The notes under the pieces: model-generated | Told to the model about the DNA's origin: nothing | Database searches by the model: none | What the model saw: only the letters and a program-made list of their open reading frames with translations | Part shown: one piece after another, positions 47,314-59,938 of the stretch | Numbering within the stretch: the first letter of the stretch is position 1 | How the letters are laid out: the number at the start of each line of letters is the position of its first letter | Assembly: GCF_006345805.1 (NCBI RefSeq) | Contig: NC_043000.1 | Coordinates: 76,322,001-76,386,000 of the forward strand | Origin: Octopus sinensis | Lineage: Eukaryota | DNA length: 64,000 nucleotides | Reading direction: 5' to 3' | Translations under genes and position numbers: made by a program

Positions 47314-47980
47314 TGTAGCAGCCCAGAATATACCCCTGCCCAGACTATACCTGGGGCTAGCTCAGACTATACCCCTTCCAGACAACTAGGCCAGAATATA
47401 CGCCTATCCAGACTACCCCATGCTTGCAGACAAATAATACAGATGTACCTCACTTATAAAAGTTACCTCAGAACATATATAAATTTGATATCACTCAATG
47501 AAGAATTAAAAGTTACATGTAAATTTCGATTTAAACATAACAATTTAGAATTATCAAATGCAAAATACTTTAAAACGTACCAATATAAATCCAACACGAA
47601 TGGCCACATTTGTTCAAGTCTATTCTAGGACTCATAGTACAGGTGCACTGCACACATGCACAAGTCATCATTTTTCTCCATCTACCTATACATTAGGTTT
47701 ATCTTGGTACATTGAATATTGCATTTGATAGTTCTAATTACTATGTTTAAATTGAAATTTACATGTAACTTTTAATTCTTCATCGATTGATATCAAATTT
47801 TATATATGTTCTGAGGCAGCTTTTATAAGTGAGATACATCTGTGTTATTTGTCCACAAGCATGGGGTATAGTCTGCACAGGGGTATATTCTGGGCTGGCT
47901 GTCTGGAGTGGGTATTGTTTGGGCTAACCCAAGCTAGCTCCGGGTATAGTCTGGGCAGGAGTATATTCTGGGCTGTTACA
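47314..47980. mobile_element. Fold-back DNA element with ~270-bp arms and subterminal ~20-nt repeats
   Basis: Ends TGTAGCAGCCCAGAATATACC ... GTATATTCTGGGCTGTTACA; 47314-47583 is approximately the reverse complement of 47705-47980. Confidence 0.8.
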
Positions 47981-47995
47981 GCAGCTCATTGAGGC

Positions 47996-48095
47996 NNNNN
48001 NNNNNNNNNNNNNNNNNNNNNNNNNNNNNNNNNNNNNNNNNNNNNNNNNNNNNNNNNNNNNNNNNNNNNNNNNNNNNNNNNNNNNNNNNNNNNNN
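47996..48095. other. Assembly gap (100 N)
   Basis: Run of N. Confidence 1.
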
Positions 48096-48299
48096 CATGT
48101 AAGCACTGCTGAGGTGCGACATGGCACCTTTATGTTATTTTATGATACTGAGAATGATGGATTTTTGGTTTCAATAAGAATGCATTATTTTGTTTAACAT
48201 TGTTACAGTAGTTTGTTTTAATATTAAAAGTGATGTAATTCAATTTAAAAGATCTCTGATATCACTGTTAAAAACCAGTGTTCAATTTTTTGTTTCATC

Positions 48300-48490
48300 T
48301 TAACTCCTTAACATTCAGATTGTTTATTCACATTGCTTTGAATTAATCATGCATTACCTGTAGCCTTGAGATTTAATTGATCTGATTGCTTATTTTTAGA
48401 TTGACTTCTAGAGGCCAGGCCTGACCGTTTGAACATAAACAGGTAGAATATTTGGGCCAGATATGGCCGGTTTAAAATAAGCTAAAAGGA
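48300..48490. mobile_element. Decayed piggyBac-like MITE
   Basis: Begins TTAAC(T)CCTTAACATTCAGA and ends ..GCTAAAAGG. Resembles a TTAA-bounded MITE, but the ends are degenerate. Confidence 0.35.
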
Positions 48491-49899
48491 GAAACATATC
48501 AATTAAAATCTTCCTTGCTACACTGGAGAGGAGCCACTCTGTCATGGGTTAACATCATCAGATGATCTAGTTCCTATTCCCAATGTTTCAATAATGTGAA
48601 GTGTCATCATTAGTCAACATCATTTAACATCTATGTTTCATGCTGGTATGGGTTGGACAGTTTGACGACGAAGAATTAATTGTTATGTCCAAATATACAA
48701 TGAAACATCATGCTTCATTGCATATATATAAGCAGATAAAAAAATCATAGTAACTGCCTGCAAGCGAGTATGACTTAGTAATGTATATCATGCTTTCACT
48801 CATTATTTTAAGTGTCTACATAGTTACAAGCAGATAGACACTCTACTGACCTTCTCACCTTTATCTCATAATTTTGTTGATCCAAACACCTGATTAATAA
48901 TCAAGAAAGTAGTTATTTACTAAGACTGTTCAATTGATTATGTTTATTTACTTGGGACATGACTATAAAGAATTTAGCATCAAATTTGATTTCAACTTAC
49001 ATTTCCACAGCTATTCTAACAACAGTGTAATAATACTCTGTAAACCTCTCGGAGGAAACATGACTCCTCCTCACACTCCTCTCCACCCTTCATTTATGGT
49101 TTGAGAATAATTCTATAATTGTTGTAAACTGGAATGGAACTTACTCTCTTTCTGCTCACATCCATTCTCCATTTAATGCTACTTGTTTTGCATCTTTTAG
49201 AGAGATAGATTAGATAAATGGACTCAAAGACCAACTAGAAAGTGAAAGTAGTATCTACTTAGGTGTCTCATAGATAGTGGTGGCAATGGTTGGAGGTGGT
49301 AGATGTGGTTATCATGGCAGTGGTGGTGGTGGTGTAGTGGGACAGTGGATGTGTATGATGGCAGCAATTATAGTGTTGGTGTTTTTGCAGAGGTTGTGTG
49401 GTGGTGGTGGTGGTGGCGAAGTGGATGATGATGATAATGATGATGATAGAAGTAGTGGCATTGATTATGTTGGATGTCTCAGTAGTGGTTGTGAAGATGA
49501 TTCTGATATTGATAGTCTTTGCATTGAGGTGGTGGCAGAGTCATAGTAAATAATAAGAGCCCAGTTAACAAAAGATTCTTAAATTTCGGAGATCATAAGA
49601 TAGAGAGCAAGAAGTAAAGTTCCATACTGTCCCAATTCCTACATCCTACAACCCCAGATTCTTCAACTATTTTATAAGAAAGGGTTAATGGCAGGTTGTA
49701 TACCAAAAAATACAAATAAATTACTGTTTTATTCTTTGGCAACACGTGTTTCATGAGGTACATCCTCGGGTTCCTAAACCACACCTTGTTTCCCTGGAAC
49801 CCCTCTCAAGATGCCACCCCAATCATCAAGCCCTGTAGTGTGTGTGAAGAGACAGAGAGAGTAATGTGTGAAAGAGAGAGATAACTGAATTTTTTACTC

Positions 49900-50560
49900 G
49901 GTGTATCATCATCATCATCATCATCATCATCATCGTTTAACGTCCGTTTTCCATGCTAGCATGGGTTGATGGTTCAACCGGGATCTGGGAAGCCAGAAGG
50001 CTGCACCAGGCTCCAGTCCTGATCTGGCAGTGTTTCTACAGCTGGATGCCCTTCATAATGCCAACCACTCCGTGAGTGTAGTGGTACGTTTTATGTGCAG
50101 TGGCACAGGTGCCAGAGGGGTCTTGCATCGGCCACGTTCGGATGGTGCTTTTTATGTGTCACCGGCACAGGATCACAACTACTGTTTCCATGATATTTGG
50201 TGATGTTCATGTACAATGCACTTGACTCAACAGGTCTCCTCAAGCACAGTGAGATGTTCCGGGATCCAAGGTACTTTGAATGGGCAGGGGGTATGCGGAA
50301 CTGGTGCCAGAGGCATCACGGGTCTTAGTAGTCACACACTCTCCAGAGATCTCAGAGTCCTCGCCATTGCCTCAGTGAGGCCCAACGCTCTGAGGTCATG
50401 CTTGCCTACCTCATCCCATGTCTTCCTGGGTCTACCTCTCCCCATCTCCCCCTGATTCTTCAACTGTTCGGGAGTGGCACTTCTTTCACACCTCCTCCTC
50501 ATCCATCCGCAGTACTGACCATACCATCGCAAGCGTCGCTCTTGCACACATCGCATCTGA
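49900..50560 (-). mobile_element. RTE LINE 3' fragment
   Basis: (CAT)n tail at 49904-49933, the 3'UTR, and GRGRPRKTWDEV. Confidence 0.8.
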
Positions 50561-50569
50561 TGCTTCTTA

Positions 50570-53500
50570 TAATAATAATAATGAAATTATTGTATACAGT
50601 GCTCTCAGGTGCACCACAACTTGTCAGAAAGTGCATATAAAGTACATGCAGCAATGTAGAAATGTCTGGAAAGTGATATGCTTGTGTGTGTATGGAGGGG
50701 AGAAAATCAAGTGTAGTGTTGGCGAATCTCAGGAAGCATGGAGTTTTGAAGGATGCAGTGCTCCGACACTAACACCCGATGCCGGCAGTTTGTTTCCACA
50801 CGCTTCAGCCACTCTCAGCGTGAAAAAATGTTTCCTGAATCATGGAGCTGTGTGCTGTTTTCTTACTTTGTAATATTGTCCACGAGTGTTAGATGGGTGG
50901 AGTTTGAAGAGGTGCTCGAGTTATTGTTTGTGCGATGGTTGATAATTTTTATGGGTGTCTGCCAAGTCAGCTGCCAGACGTGGTGTTTCAATGTGTCCAT
51001 GCCCAGGGAAGTAAGGCGTTCAGGATATGGCAAATGCCTGATGGAGGGTATTCTTTTGGTTGCACGTCGCTGAACAGCTTCCAGACGATTGATGTCCTGG
51101 GCAAGATAGGGGTTCCAGACCGGTGATGCAAATTCCAGGTGAGGTCTTACCATAGCTATATAAAGCCGCAGATAGATAGCCGGAGAGCAGCTCACAAGGA
51201 TTTGGTGAGTGATGCCAAGACACCCTCAGCCTTCTTGACAATTTTAGCGATGTGTTTTGTCCACGCAAATCACTGTCGACAATAACACCCAGGTCACGTT
51301 CACTTGAAGACTTTTTGAGACTAGTGTTGTGGAGGGAGTTGGTGGACGCTGGGTTTCTCCTCCCAAAATGCATGGTGGTACATTTGTCCACAGCCAGCTT
51401 GAGTTGCCAGTCCATGATCCACTGCTGCATTGTGTCCAGGTCTGCTTGCAATAGAGATCCATAGTGTACAGGATTTGACCTCTTTATTTCGAGGTACAGC
51501 TTGATGTCATCTGCATATTCAGCACTGTGGCATTCTTTAAGTTGGCATCTATGTCATTAACATAGCAACAAATAAAAGAGGGCCAAGAACAGATCCCTGC
51601 GGCACACCAGATGTCATCTCATAGGGCGAAGAGTGCTGTCCTAGAACTGTGACAACCTCTTTTCGGCCGAAAATAAGGACTTTAACCAGTTATAGAGTTC
51701 GTCTCTTACACCCAACGCAGAAAGCTTCACCATAAGTCTTTTGTGTGGCACAGAGTTAAAAGCCTAACAAAGTCCAGGTAAACAACATCCACCCAGGATC
51801 CGCGATCAGTGATTTGGGTAACGTCCTCAAGAAACTCGATGAGTTGATTACAGCAGCTGGAGTTAGGAATAAATCCGAATTGTGACGGCTGGCTGAGGCT
51901 GTGAGACTTCCAGAAGTTCCAGAGGGTTTCTCTGATACAGGATTCCATCAGTTTGGCGATGCAGCTAGTAAGACTGACGGGGCGATAGTTGACAGGCGAT
52001 GTGCGGTCGCCTTTTTTTTTAACAGAGGGATGACACTGGCAGTTTTCCACTGTTCTGGAGTAACACCATTGTCGAGACAGAATTGGAAGAATAGAGAAAG
52101 TTGGCTTAGAAGAAAGTACCCACCGCGTTTTGAGAAGTAGTATGTAACACCATTGAGACCAGGAGAGGCATAATTGCGTTTATTCTTTAGGTGGCGTTGC
52201 AGCATTGCTGGTGTAAATTGCATAGAAGATATAGAGTCCGATGTCAGTGGTGATGATGATGGAACATTTTGGTCTTCGACAGTAAAGATGCCGGCATAGC
52301 ATCCAGCAATGATTTCTGCACATTCTTCGGGATTGCCAGTAATCTGTCCTGTGTGGGGATTGCGAAGGGGACCAACAGGAGAGTGGGGTCTCTGCTTTGA
52401 GTGCACATACTTCCAGAACCCTTTGCTGTCAGGGTTAGCTGCAATGCGTTGTTCAAATTCAAGCACTGCCTTTTTTGTCACCTGCTTAAGGTGGTTGGCT
52501 GACCTATTTCGCTTTTTCCTGTTGCTCTCTGATTTATGCAATTTGTATTCCCGTTCAGCATTACGGCGTTCTTTCCTGGCAAGTCGGACTGCTGCAGTCT
52601 CCCAAATTGCACTATTGGGTGGTTTTTGTGCTTGCGTCGTACTGATGCTGCACATGCTGCCCATATTGAATTCAGAATGTTCTGGAGTATAGTGTCCACA
52701 TCTCCAGAGGCATAAAATTCGCGCCAGTTTGGGCGTTGCAGCTCAGTACAATAAGAGCTCCAGTTTGCTTTATTCCAGTCAAAGCGGGCAATCTGAAGAT
52801 GGTTGTGTTTTTTGTTACAACCAATCAGAGACAAGTCGGCCATGATCATGGAATGATCAGAGTCACACAAAGGTTCTTCGGTAGCGACACTAATGATTGT
52901 TTCAGGAGAAGCGGTTAGTAGCAGATCCAAAGTGTTGTTACCCTTGTGGGGGAGGTAACAACTGGGACCAATTCGAATTCAGCACCAGTTCAAGAAAATC
53001 GTCTGCACTTTGCGGCCAACGGAAAGCCTCCCAGTCAATCTCAGGGAAATTGAAGTCCCCCGCAACATACACATATGTGGCTGTTTTCATGGCAGCCGCC
53101 CAGAGGAGATCAAAAAGCTGTGCGTCTTGGCGATAATTTGGAGGGCGGTAAACGACTCCGAGCAGAAGTGTGACATGGTCATGTGTACATTGCAGAAATA
53201 CCTCCTGCTGAGATTGGTTCAAATCATCACAGGGGATTGCCGATAGACTTGATCGAACATAAATCATCACACCCCCTCCACGGCGATTAATGCGGTCTTT
53301 GCGGAACAGGTTGTAGCCGGCTATGCTGAAAACTCCATCACAGAGTGCAGAGTGTGCCCACGTTTCCGTGACTGTGATGAAATCTGGGTTGATACTTTTG
53401 ACGTAGGAGACAAAAAGATGCACCTTGTTGCATAAACTACGGGCATTCAAGGACAGCAGTTTATATCTGGATTTCAGATGATATATACAGGGATGGCTGA

Positions 53501-53690
53501 TTGTTCTTGGTTAGTTTCCCCAAGATTTTTGCCTTGCCAGTTGTTGTTGTGGGTGTAGTCTGCTCAGTCCAACTGGCATCCCTTATCCACGACTCACCAG
53601 ACTTGACGAATGTCCAGATCTGCCCATCATCGCGGAGGCTAAAACTCTCCCGTGGCACAGAGTTGCGATTTAGGGAAGCCACGGATTCTT
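50570..53690 (-). mobile_element. CR1-clade LINE, near-complete ORF2 (frameshifted)
   Basis: EN: NARSL.NK, VTETW, GYNLFRKDR..RRGGGV, AGDFNFPEIDW, SDH. RT: YRPVSLTS, QFGF, VVYLDF, GVPQGSVLGP, YADD, RDLGVIVD, VRPHLEF..PVWNP. (TAT)n tail near 50570. Confidence 0.92.
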
Positions 53691-55330
53691 ATGCCTAGCA
53701 TTTCTCTCAGGGTGCTTACACTCTGTCGTGCATTCACACTGACATTACACATCCAGCGGATCATGCTAGCTTCATTTCTTTCAAGTCTACGCATGTCCTC
53801 TGCAGTCACGGCCCATGTTTCACTGCCGTGAAGCATGGCAGTTCGCACACATGCATCATACAATCTACTTTTCACTCTGAGTGAGAGACCCTTTGTCGCC
53901 AGTAGGGTAGCAGCTTTCTAAACTTTGCCCAGGCTATTCGTGTTCTAGTGGTGACACTCTCTGAGCATCCACCCCCACTACTAACTTGGTCACCCAGGTA
54001 GCGGAAACTATCAACTACTTCTAGTTTCTCTCCCTGGAGTGTGATGGAATCTGTTTCTGAGTGTCTGTTGGTGTCTATTGTCCCTGTGCATCTGCCGCAC
54101 ATGAAAGCTATCTTATCTGTTAATTTCCCTTTATGTTGCTGCACCTCTTGTGCATCCATAGCTTACATTGGGTGCATCTTATGGAGTTTCTACCTACACC
54201 TTTCCTACAGATCGAGCAGGGCCACCTGCCCGATGGGGTGTGTGCTGAGTTCGCCTTTCTGCATACTATAACTTTGTTCTTCGCTACATTTACTCTAAGG
54301 CCCTTTGATTCTAAACCTTGTTTCCACACCCGAAATTTCTTTTTTAGTTCCGGAGCGATTCTGCTATGAGGGCCAGGTCATCAGCATAGAGGAGCTCCCA
54401 GGGGCAACCTGTTTTGAATTCCTCTGTTATTGCCTGGAGGACTATGATGAATAAAAGGGACTGAGGGCTGAGCCCTGGTGTACACCTACTTCTAACCGGA
54501 ATTCTTCACTATATTCGTTGCCAATCCTAACCTGCTGACAGCCTCTCTGTATAGAGCCTGTACAGCCCTTATTAGCCATTCGTGAATCAACAGTTTCCGC
54601 ATCGACCACCAGATAAGGAATCGGGGAACCCTGTCAAAGGCTTTCTCCAAGTCCACAAAAGCTATGTAGAGGGGTTTATCTTTAGCTAGGTACTTCTCCT
54701 GCAGTTGTCGGACCAGGAATCTAGCATCAGTGGTGCTTCTACCCGACACAAAACCGAACTGCATCTCATCTAAGCAAATTCTCTCCCTAATGAGATGGGT
54801 TATGACCCTCTCTGTGGCCTTCATCACCTGATCCAACAGTTTAATACCCCTGTAGTTATTTCTATCTAGAGCATCACCCTTACCCTTGTAGCAGTTGACT
54901 ATGGTGCTGCTACGCCAGTCATTGGGTATGACTCCATTATGAACTACCTGGGTTACAATACGGGTGACTAGGCCATAGCCCACATAACCAGCTGTTTTAA
55001 GCATCTCAGCAGTGATACCTGATGGGCCGGGGGCTTTACCTGGTTTCATATCCTTAATTGCCTTAACTACAAGGGAGCTGTCTATTTGGAAAGCTGGTCC
55101 CTCTACTGGGTCAACATTTGGCAGGCTCTCCTCCTCCCATTCATTCTCCAAGCATCTTTCTTTTCACCAACATTAAAAGCAAGTGCCCCATCATCCATGC
55201 GGACACATTTCTCTCCTGTAACATCACTATTTTCTCTCACACACTGTCTAGCAATACGAAAACCTCAGTTCTTTGGTCCGCACTCATCACATCGCGGGAC
55301 ATGGCAAACTTCTTTTCTGCTATATCTCTT
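53690..55330 (-). mobile_element. RTE LINE RT region
   Basis: GKAPGPSGI, NYRGIKLL, QFGF, AFVDLEKAFD, the PHD-like insert and MLHGSETW. Confidence 0.9.
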
Positions 55331-55334
55331 TGGT

Positions 55335-56053
55335 TATGTATATGTGTATAGTTGTATGTATGTATGTATGTATGTATGTATGTATGTTATGTATGTATGT
55401 AGTATGTATGTATGTATGGTATGTATGTATGTATGTATGTATGTATGTATGTATGGTAGTATGTATGTATGTATGTAGGATATGTATGTATGTATGTTGA
55501 GTATGGATGTATGTATGTATGTATGTAATGTAGTATGTATGGTAGTATGTATGTATGTATGTATGTATGTATATATTGTTGTATGTATGTATAATGTATG
55601 TATGTATGTATGTATGTATGTATGTATGTTGATGTATGTAGTATGTATGTATGTATGTATGTATGTAGGTATGTATGTATGTATGGTATGTATGTATGTA
55701 TGTATGTATGTATGTATGTATGTATGTATGTATGTATGTATGTATGTATGTATGTATGTAGTATGTATGTATGTATGTTGTATGTATGTATGTATGTATT
55801 AGTATGTATGTATGTATGATTATGTATGTATGTATGTATGTCTGTTATGTATGTATGTATGTATGTATGTATGTATTTATGTATGTATGTATGTATGTAT
55901 GTATGTATGATGTATGTATGTATGTATTATGTATGTATGTATGTATTTTGTATGTATGTATGTATGTATGTATTTATGTATGTATGTATGTATGTATGTA
56001 TGTATGTATGTATGTATGTATGTATGTATGTATGTATTCTGTATGTATGTATG

Positions 56054-56084
<31 letters not shown>

Positions 56085-56147
56085 TTTGTATGTATGTATG
56101 TATGTATGTATGTATGTATGTATGTATGTATGATGGATGTATGTATG

Positions 56148-56178
<31 letters not shown>

Positions 56179-56570
56179 TGTAGGTATGTATGTATGTATG
56201 TATGTATGTATGTATGTATGTATGGTGTATGTATGTATGTATGTATGTATGTATGTATGTATGTTAGTATGTATGTATGTATGATGTATGTAGTATGTAT
56301 GTATGTAGGTATGTATGTTGTATGTATGTATGGATGTAGTATGTATGTATGTATGTATGTATGTATGTATGTATGTATGTATGTATGTATGTATGTATGT
56401 TGTATGATGTAATGTATGTATGTATGTATGTATGTATGTATGTATGATGTATGTATGTATGTATGTATGTATGTATGTATGTATGTCTGTATGTATGTAT
56501 GATGTATGTATGTCTGTAGTGTATGTATGTATGTATGTATGTATGTGTATGTATGTATGTATGTATGTAT
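55335..56570. repeat. ~1.2-kb imperfect (TATG)n microsatellite
   Basis: Direct inspection. Confidence 0.97.
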
Positions 56571-56744
56571 GGCCGATTCAGTTTCTTTATTTCGAGTTAA
56601 AACGAAAGATTACCAAAAAAAAATTTTGTTTATATCTTCGATCACTGTCATTATTCCATTGAGTCAACCTCATTATTTTCTACATAGCAAAGGTAATCTT
56701 TCGTTTTAACTCGAAATAAAGTAAACACTGAATCAGCCATACAT

Positions 56745-56781
<37 letters not shown>

Positions 56782-58449
56782 TACATACATAGATACATAC
56801 ACAAACACACACATACATACATACATATACACATACACCGAGTAAAAAATTTCATCGTTTTCACTTGAAAAAACTAATCACTGAATCGGCCATACATACA
56901 TAATACATACATACATACATACATACACACACATACATACACACACATACACACACACACATACATAGATACATACACACACACATACACACATATACAC
57001 ATACACCGAGTAAAAAATTTCATCGTTTTGTTTACATTTCACATCCCATGTGTGACATACACACACACACATACATACACACACACACACACACATAGAT
57101 ACACACACACATACATACATAGATACATACACACACACACATACATACAGATACACATACACCGAGTATTCACTCGAAAAAACTAAACACTGAATCGGCC
57201 ATACATACATGTGTGACATACACACACACACACACACATACATACACACACACACATAGATACACACACACACATACACACACACACATAGATACACACA
57301 CACACACATACATACATAGATACACACACACACACATACATACAGTTCACATACACACACACACATACATACACACACACACATACATACAGATACACAT
57401 ACACCGAGTATTCACTCGAAAAAACTAAACACTGAATCGGCCATCATACATGTGTGACATACACACAACACATACATACATAATACATACACACACACAC
57501 ACATAGATACACACACATACATACATAGATACACACACACACAACTAGATACAAACACACACATACATACAAGATACATACATACATAGACACATACATA
57601 CACCGAGTATTCACTCGAAAAAACTAAACACTGAATCGGCCATACATACATGTGTGACATACACACACACACATACACACACACACACACCACACATACA
57701 TACAGATACACATACACCGAGTATTCACTCGAAAAAACTAAACACTGAATCGGCCATACATACATGTGTGACATACACACACACACATACATACATAGAT
57801 ACATACACACACACACACATAGATACACACACATACATACATAGATACACACACACACACATAGATACAAACACACACATACATACATAGATACATACAT
57901 ACATAGACACATACATACACCGAGTATTCACTCGAAAAACTAAACACTGAATCGGCCATACATACATGTGTGACATACACACACACACATACACACACAC
58001 ACACACCACACATAGATACACACACACACATACATACATAGATACATACACACACACACATAAATACACACACATACATACATAGATACATACACACACA
58101 GATACACACATACATACACACACACATACATACATACACACACACACACATAGATACACACACACATACATACATACACACACATACATACAGATACACA
58201 TACACCGAGTATTCACTCGAAAAAACTAAACATCGTTATAGTTTTACACACACACACACACACATACATAGATACACACACATACATACACACACATACA
58301 TACATACACACACACACATACATACAGATACACATACACCGAGTATTCACTCGAAAAAACTAAACATCGTTATAGTTTTACATACACACACACACACACA
58401 CACACATAGATACACACACACATACATACGCACACATACATACATAGAT

Positions 58450-58494
<45 letters not shown>

Positions 58495-58530
58495 CAGATA
58501 CACATACATCGAGTATTCACTCGAAAATAG
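56571..58530. repeat. Inverted junction plus a tandem array of ~10 units (constant core, variable CA/CATA tract)
   Basis: 56571-56614 is the reverse complement of ~56693-56740. ACCGAGTA-containing cores recur at ~56837, 57006, 57161, 57403, 57602, 57716, 57919, 58205, 58338 and 58510. Confidence 0.92.
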
Positions 58531-59357
58531 TTTTGTTTACATTTCAGATACCACATGTTTAATACGTCACGAAATTGGTGGTCGAGACGGAGTAAATAAT
58601 ATGAAGCCGAATGACGGAATACCATTGGTAAAAATTCTAATTATTAAACAATGTTAAACTTAGAAGTTACAATTCCGTTTTCATTCTGGTTTACAATTAA
58701 GTTTACTTTTGACAGATTCTACCAGTATACGAAGTTTCAAATTGTTTGGTTCAGTAGGAAAAATTTGAAAAAACTGGCTTCAGGAATGAAAAGATCCGAG
58801 ATAATTATGAAATTTAAAATTAATTAGCATTATACATTTGTACTCAGCTGTCTCAACTGTGGTCACCCTACAGTGTTAAATGAATAGCATAACTTGAGAT
58901 AGTTCAAGCTGCTGGGAAAGAGCTACAACTCTAACAACTGGAGTGAAGACAGGCGAAGTATGCAGTGATATACGTATGGAAGATCCTGGAGGGGCTGGCA
59001 CCAAAATCTGGTATTGAGAGTTCCCGAACTGGACGTTACTGCGCTGTTCCAAAGGTCCCAGCTATCAAGTGTAGAGTGAGAACCATGTACTGAAATAGCT
59101 TGGGATTCAAGGGCCCACAGCTATTTAACGCTTTGCCAAAATATCTGAGGGATCTCCTGCTGTCCAAGGTCCCAAATGAATCTATATCACGGCAAGAAAT
59201 TCAAAAGAGGGCAGTAGTGTCGAACTTACTCCTTCACCAAAATCCTATCATATAAGATTGATCATTGAAAAAGTGATTACGCTGGCGGTGCTCCCGCATG
59301 GCTACAGCCTTTGGGCTGAAACTTATAAGAAAAGAAAAGAATTATAATTGTACATAC

Positions 59358-59938
59358 TGTGGGATGACGTCAGCAGCTGGGGAGTTGACCGGAACTTGGG
59401 GGCTGACCGGAAGGGGCAGCGGTGACGTGCGCGCAGCGAATGCGGGATTCTGCCTTATCGAGTCAGGTCGCCGAGCTGGTAAGACGGATCATCACGTTGT
59501 TATGGTTGGGGGAAGCAGCTGCTATCTCTAGCGTTCGGGTCGGGCTGTGTTGAAGGTTCCATTACCGTTGAAGGGTCTCCATCTGAGCGAAGAGAAGGTG
59601 GGTGCCTTTATTTCGAATCTCTCGCATACACCACAAGCTATTTCGGCGCTCCATATAAGACGTCACCACGATGGCAGCGAAAATCAGGATCGCCAGCGAC
59701 ATCATCAGACCCTTTAATGGTGAAGGCGATGTAGTGGCCTGGATTCGTAAAATTAGGGTGGTGGCAAGACTGCAAGGTATAAGCGATGTGGCAAGCCTTA
59801 TGGCGCTGTATTTGGAAGAACGTCTGAGCGAGGAAAAGATAGAGCGACGTCTGAGGGATGCTTACACAGAGTGTGAATACACAGCCTTTGCTAAGCCAGG
59901 TACGATCAGATGGACGGGAGGACAGGTTTTATTCTACG
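59358..59938 (+). mobile_element. Ty3/gypsy LTR retrotransposon 5' fragment (leader and gag start)
   Basis: MAAKIRIASDIIRPFNGEGDVVAWIRKIRVVARLQ..DVASLMALYLE resembles a gypsy Gag N-terminus. The GC-rich upstream region starts with TGT. Truncated by the Penelope insertion. Confidence 0.7.

Noticed and set aside
49201-49245. Possible PAF-AH exon 6 after a polypyrimidine-AG at 49200
   Set aside because: It reads RDRLDKWTQRPTRK* with no GHSxG motif and an early stop.
56740-58530. CRISPR-like pattern of constant repeats with variable spacers
   Set aside because: The spacers are CA/CATA microsatellite of 50-230 nt, the context is eukaryotic, and there are no cas genes. It is a satellite.
55273-58625. 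Many ORFs of YVCM/THTH composition (also at 965-2141, 7983-8364, 11993-12444 and 22224-22504)
   Set aside because: They are translations of (TATG)n, (CA)n and (TA)n microsatellites with no splice or domain support.
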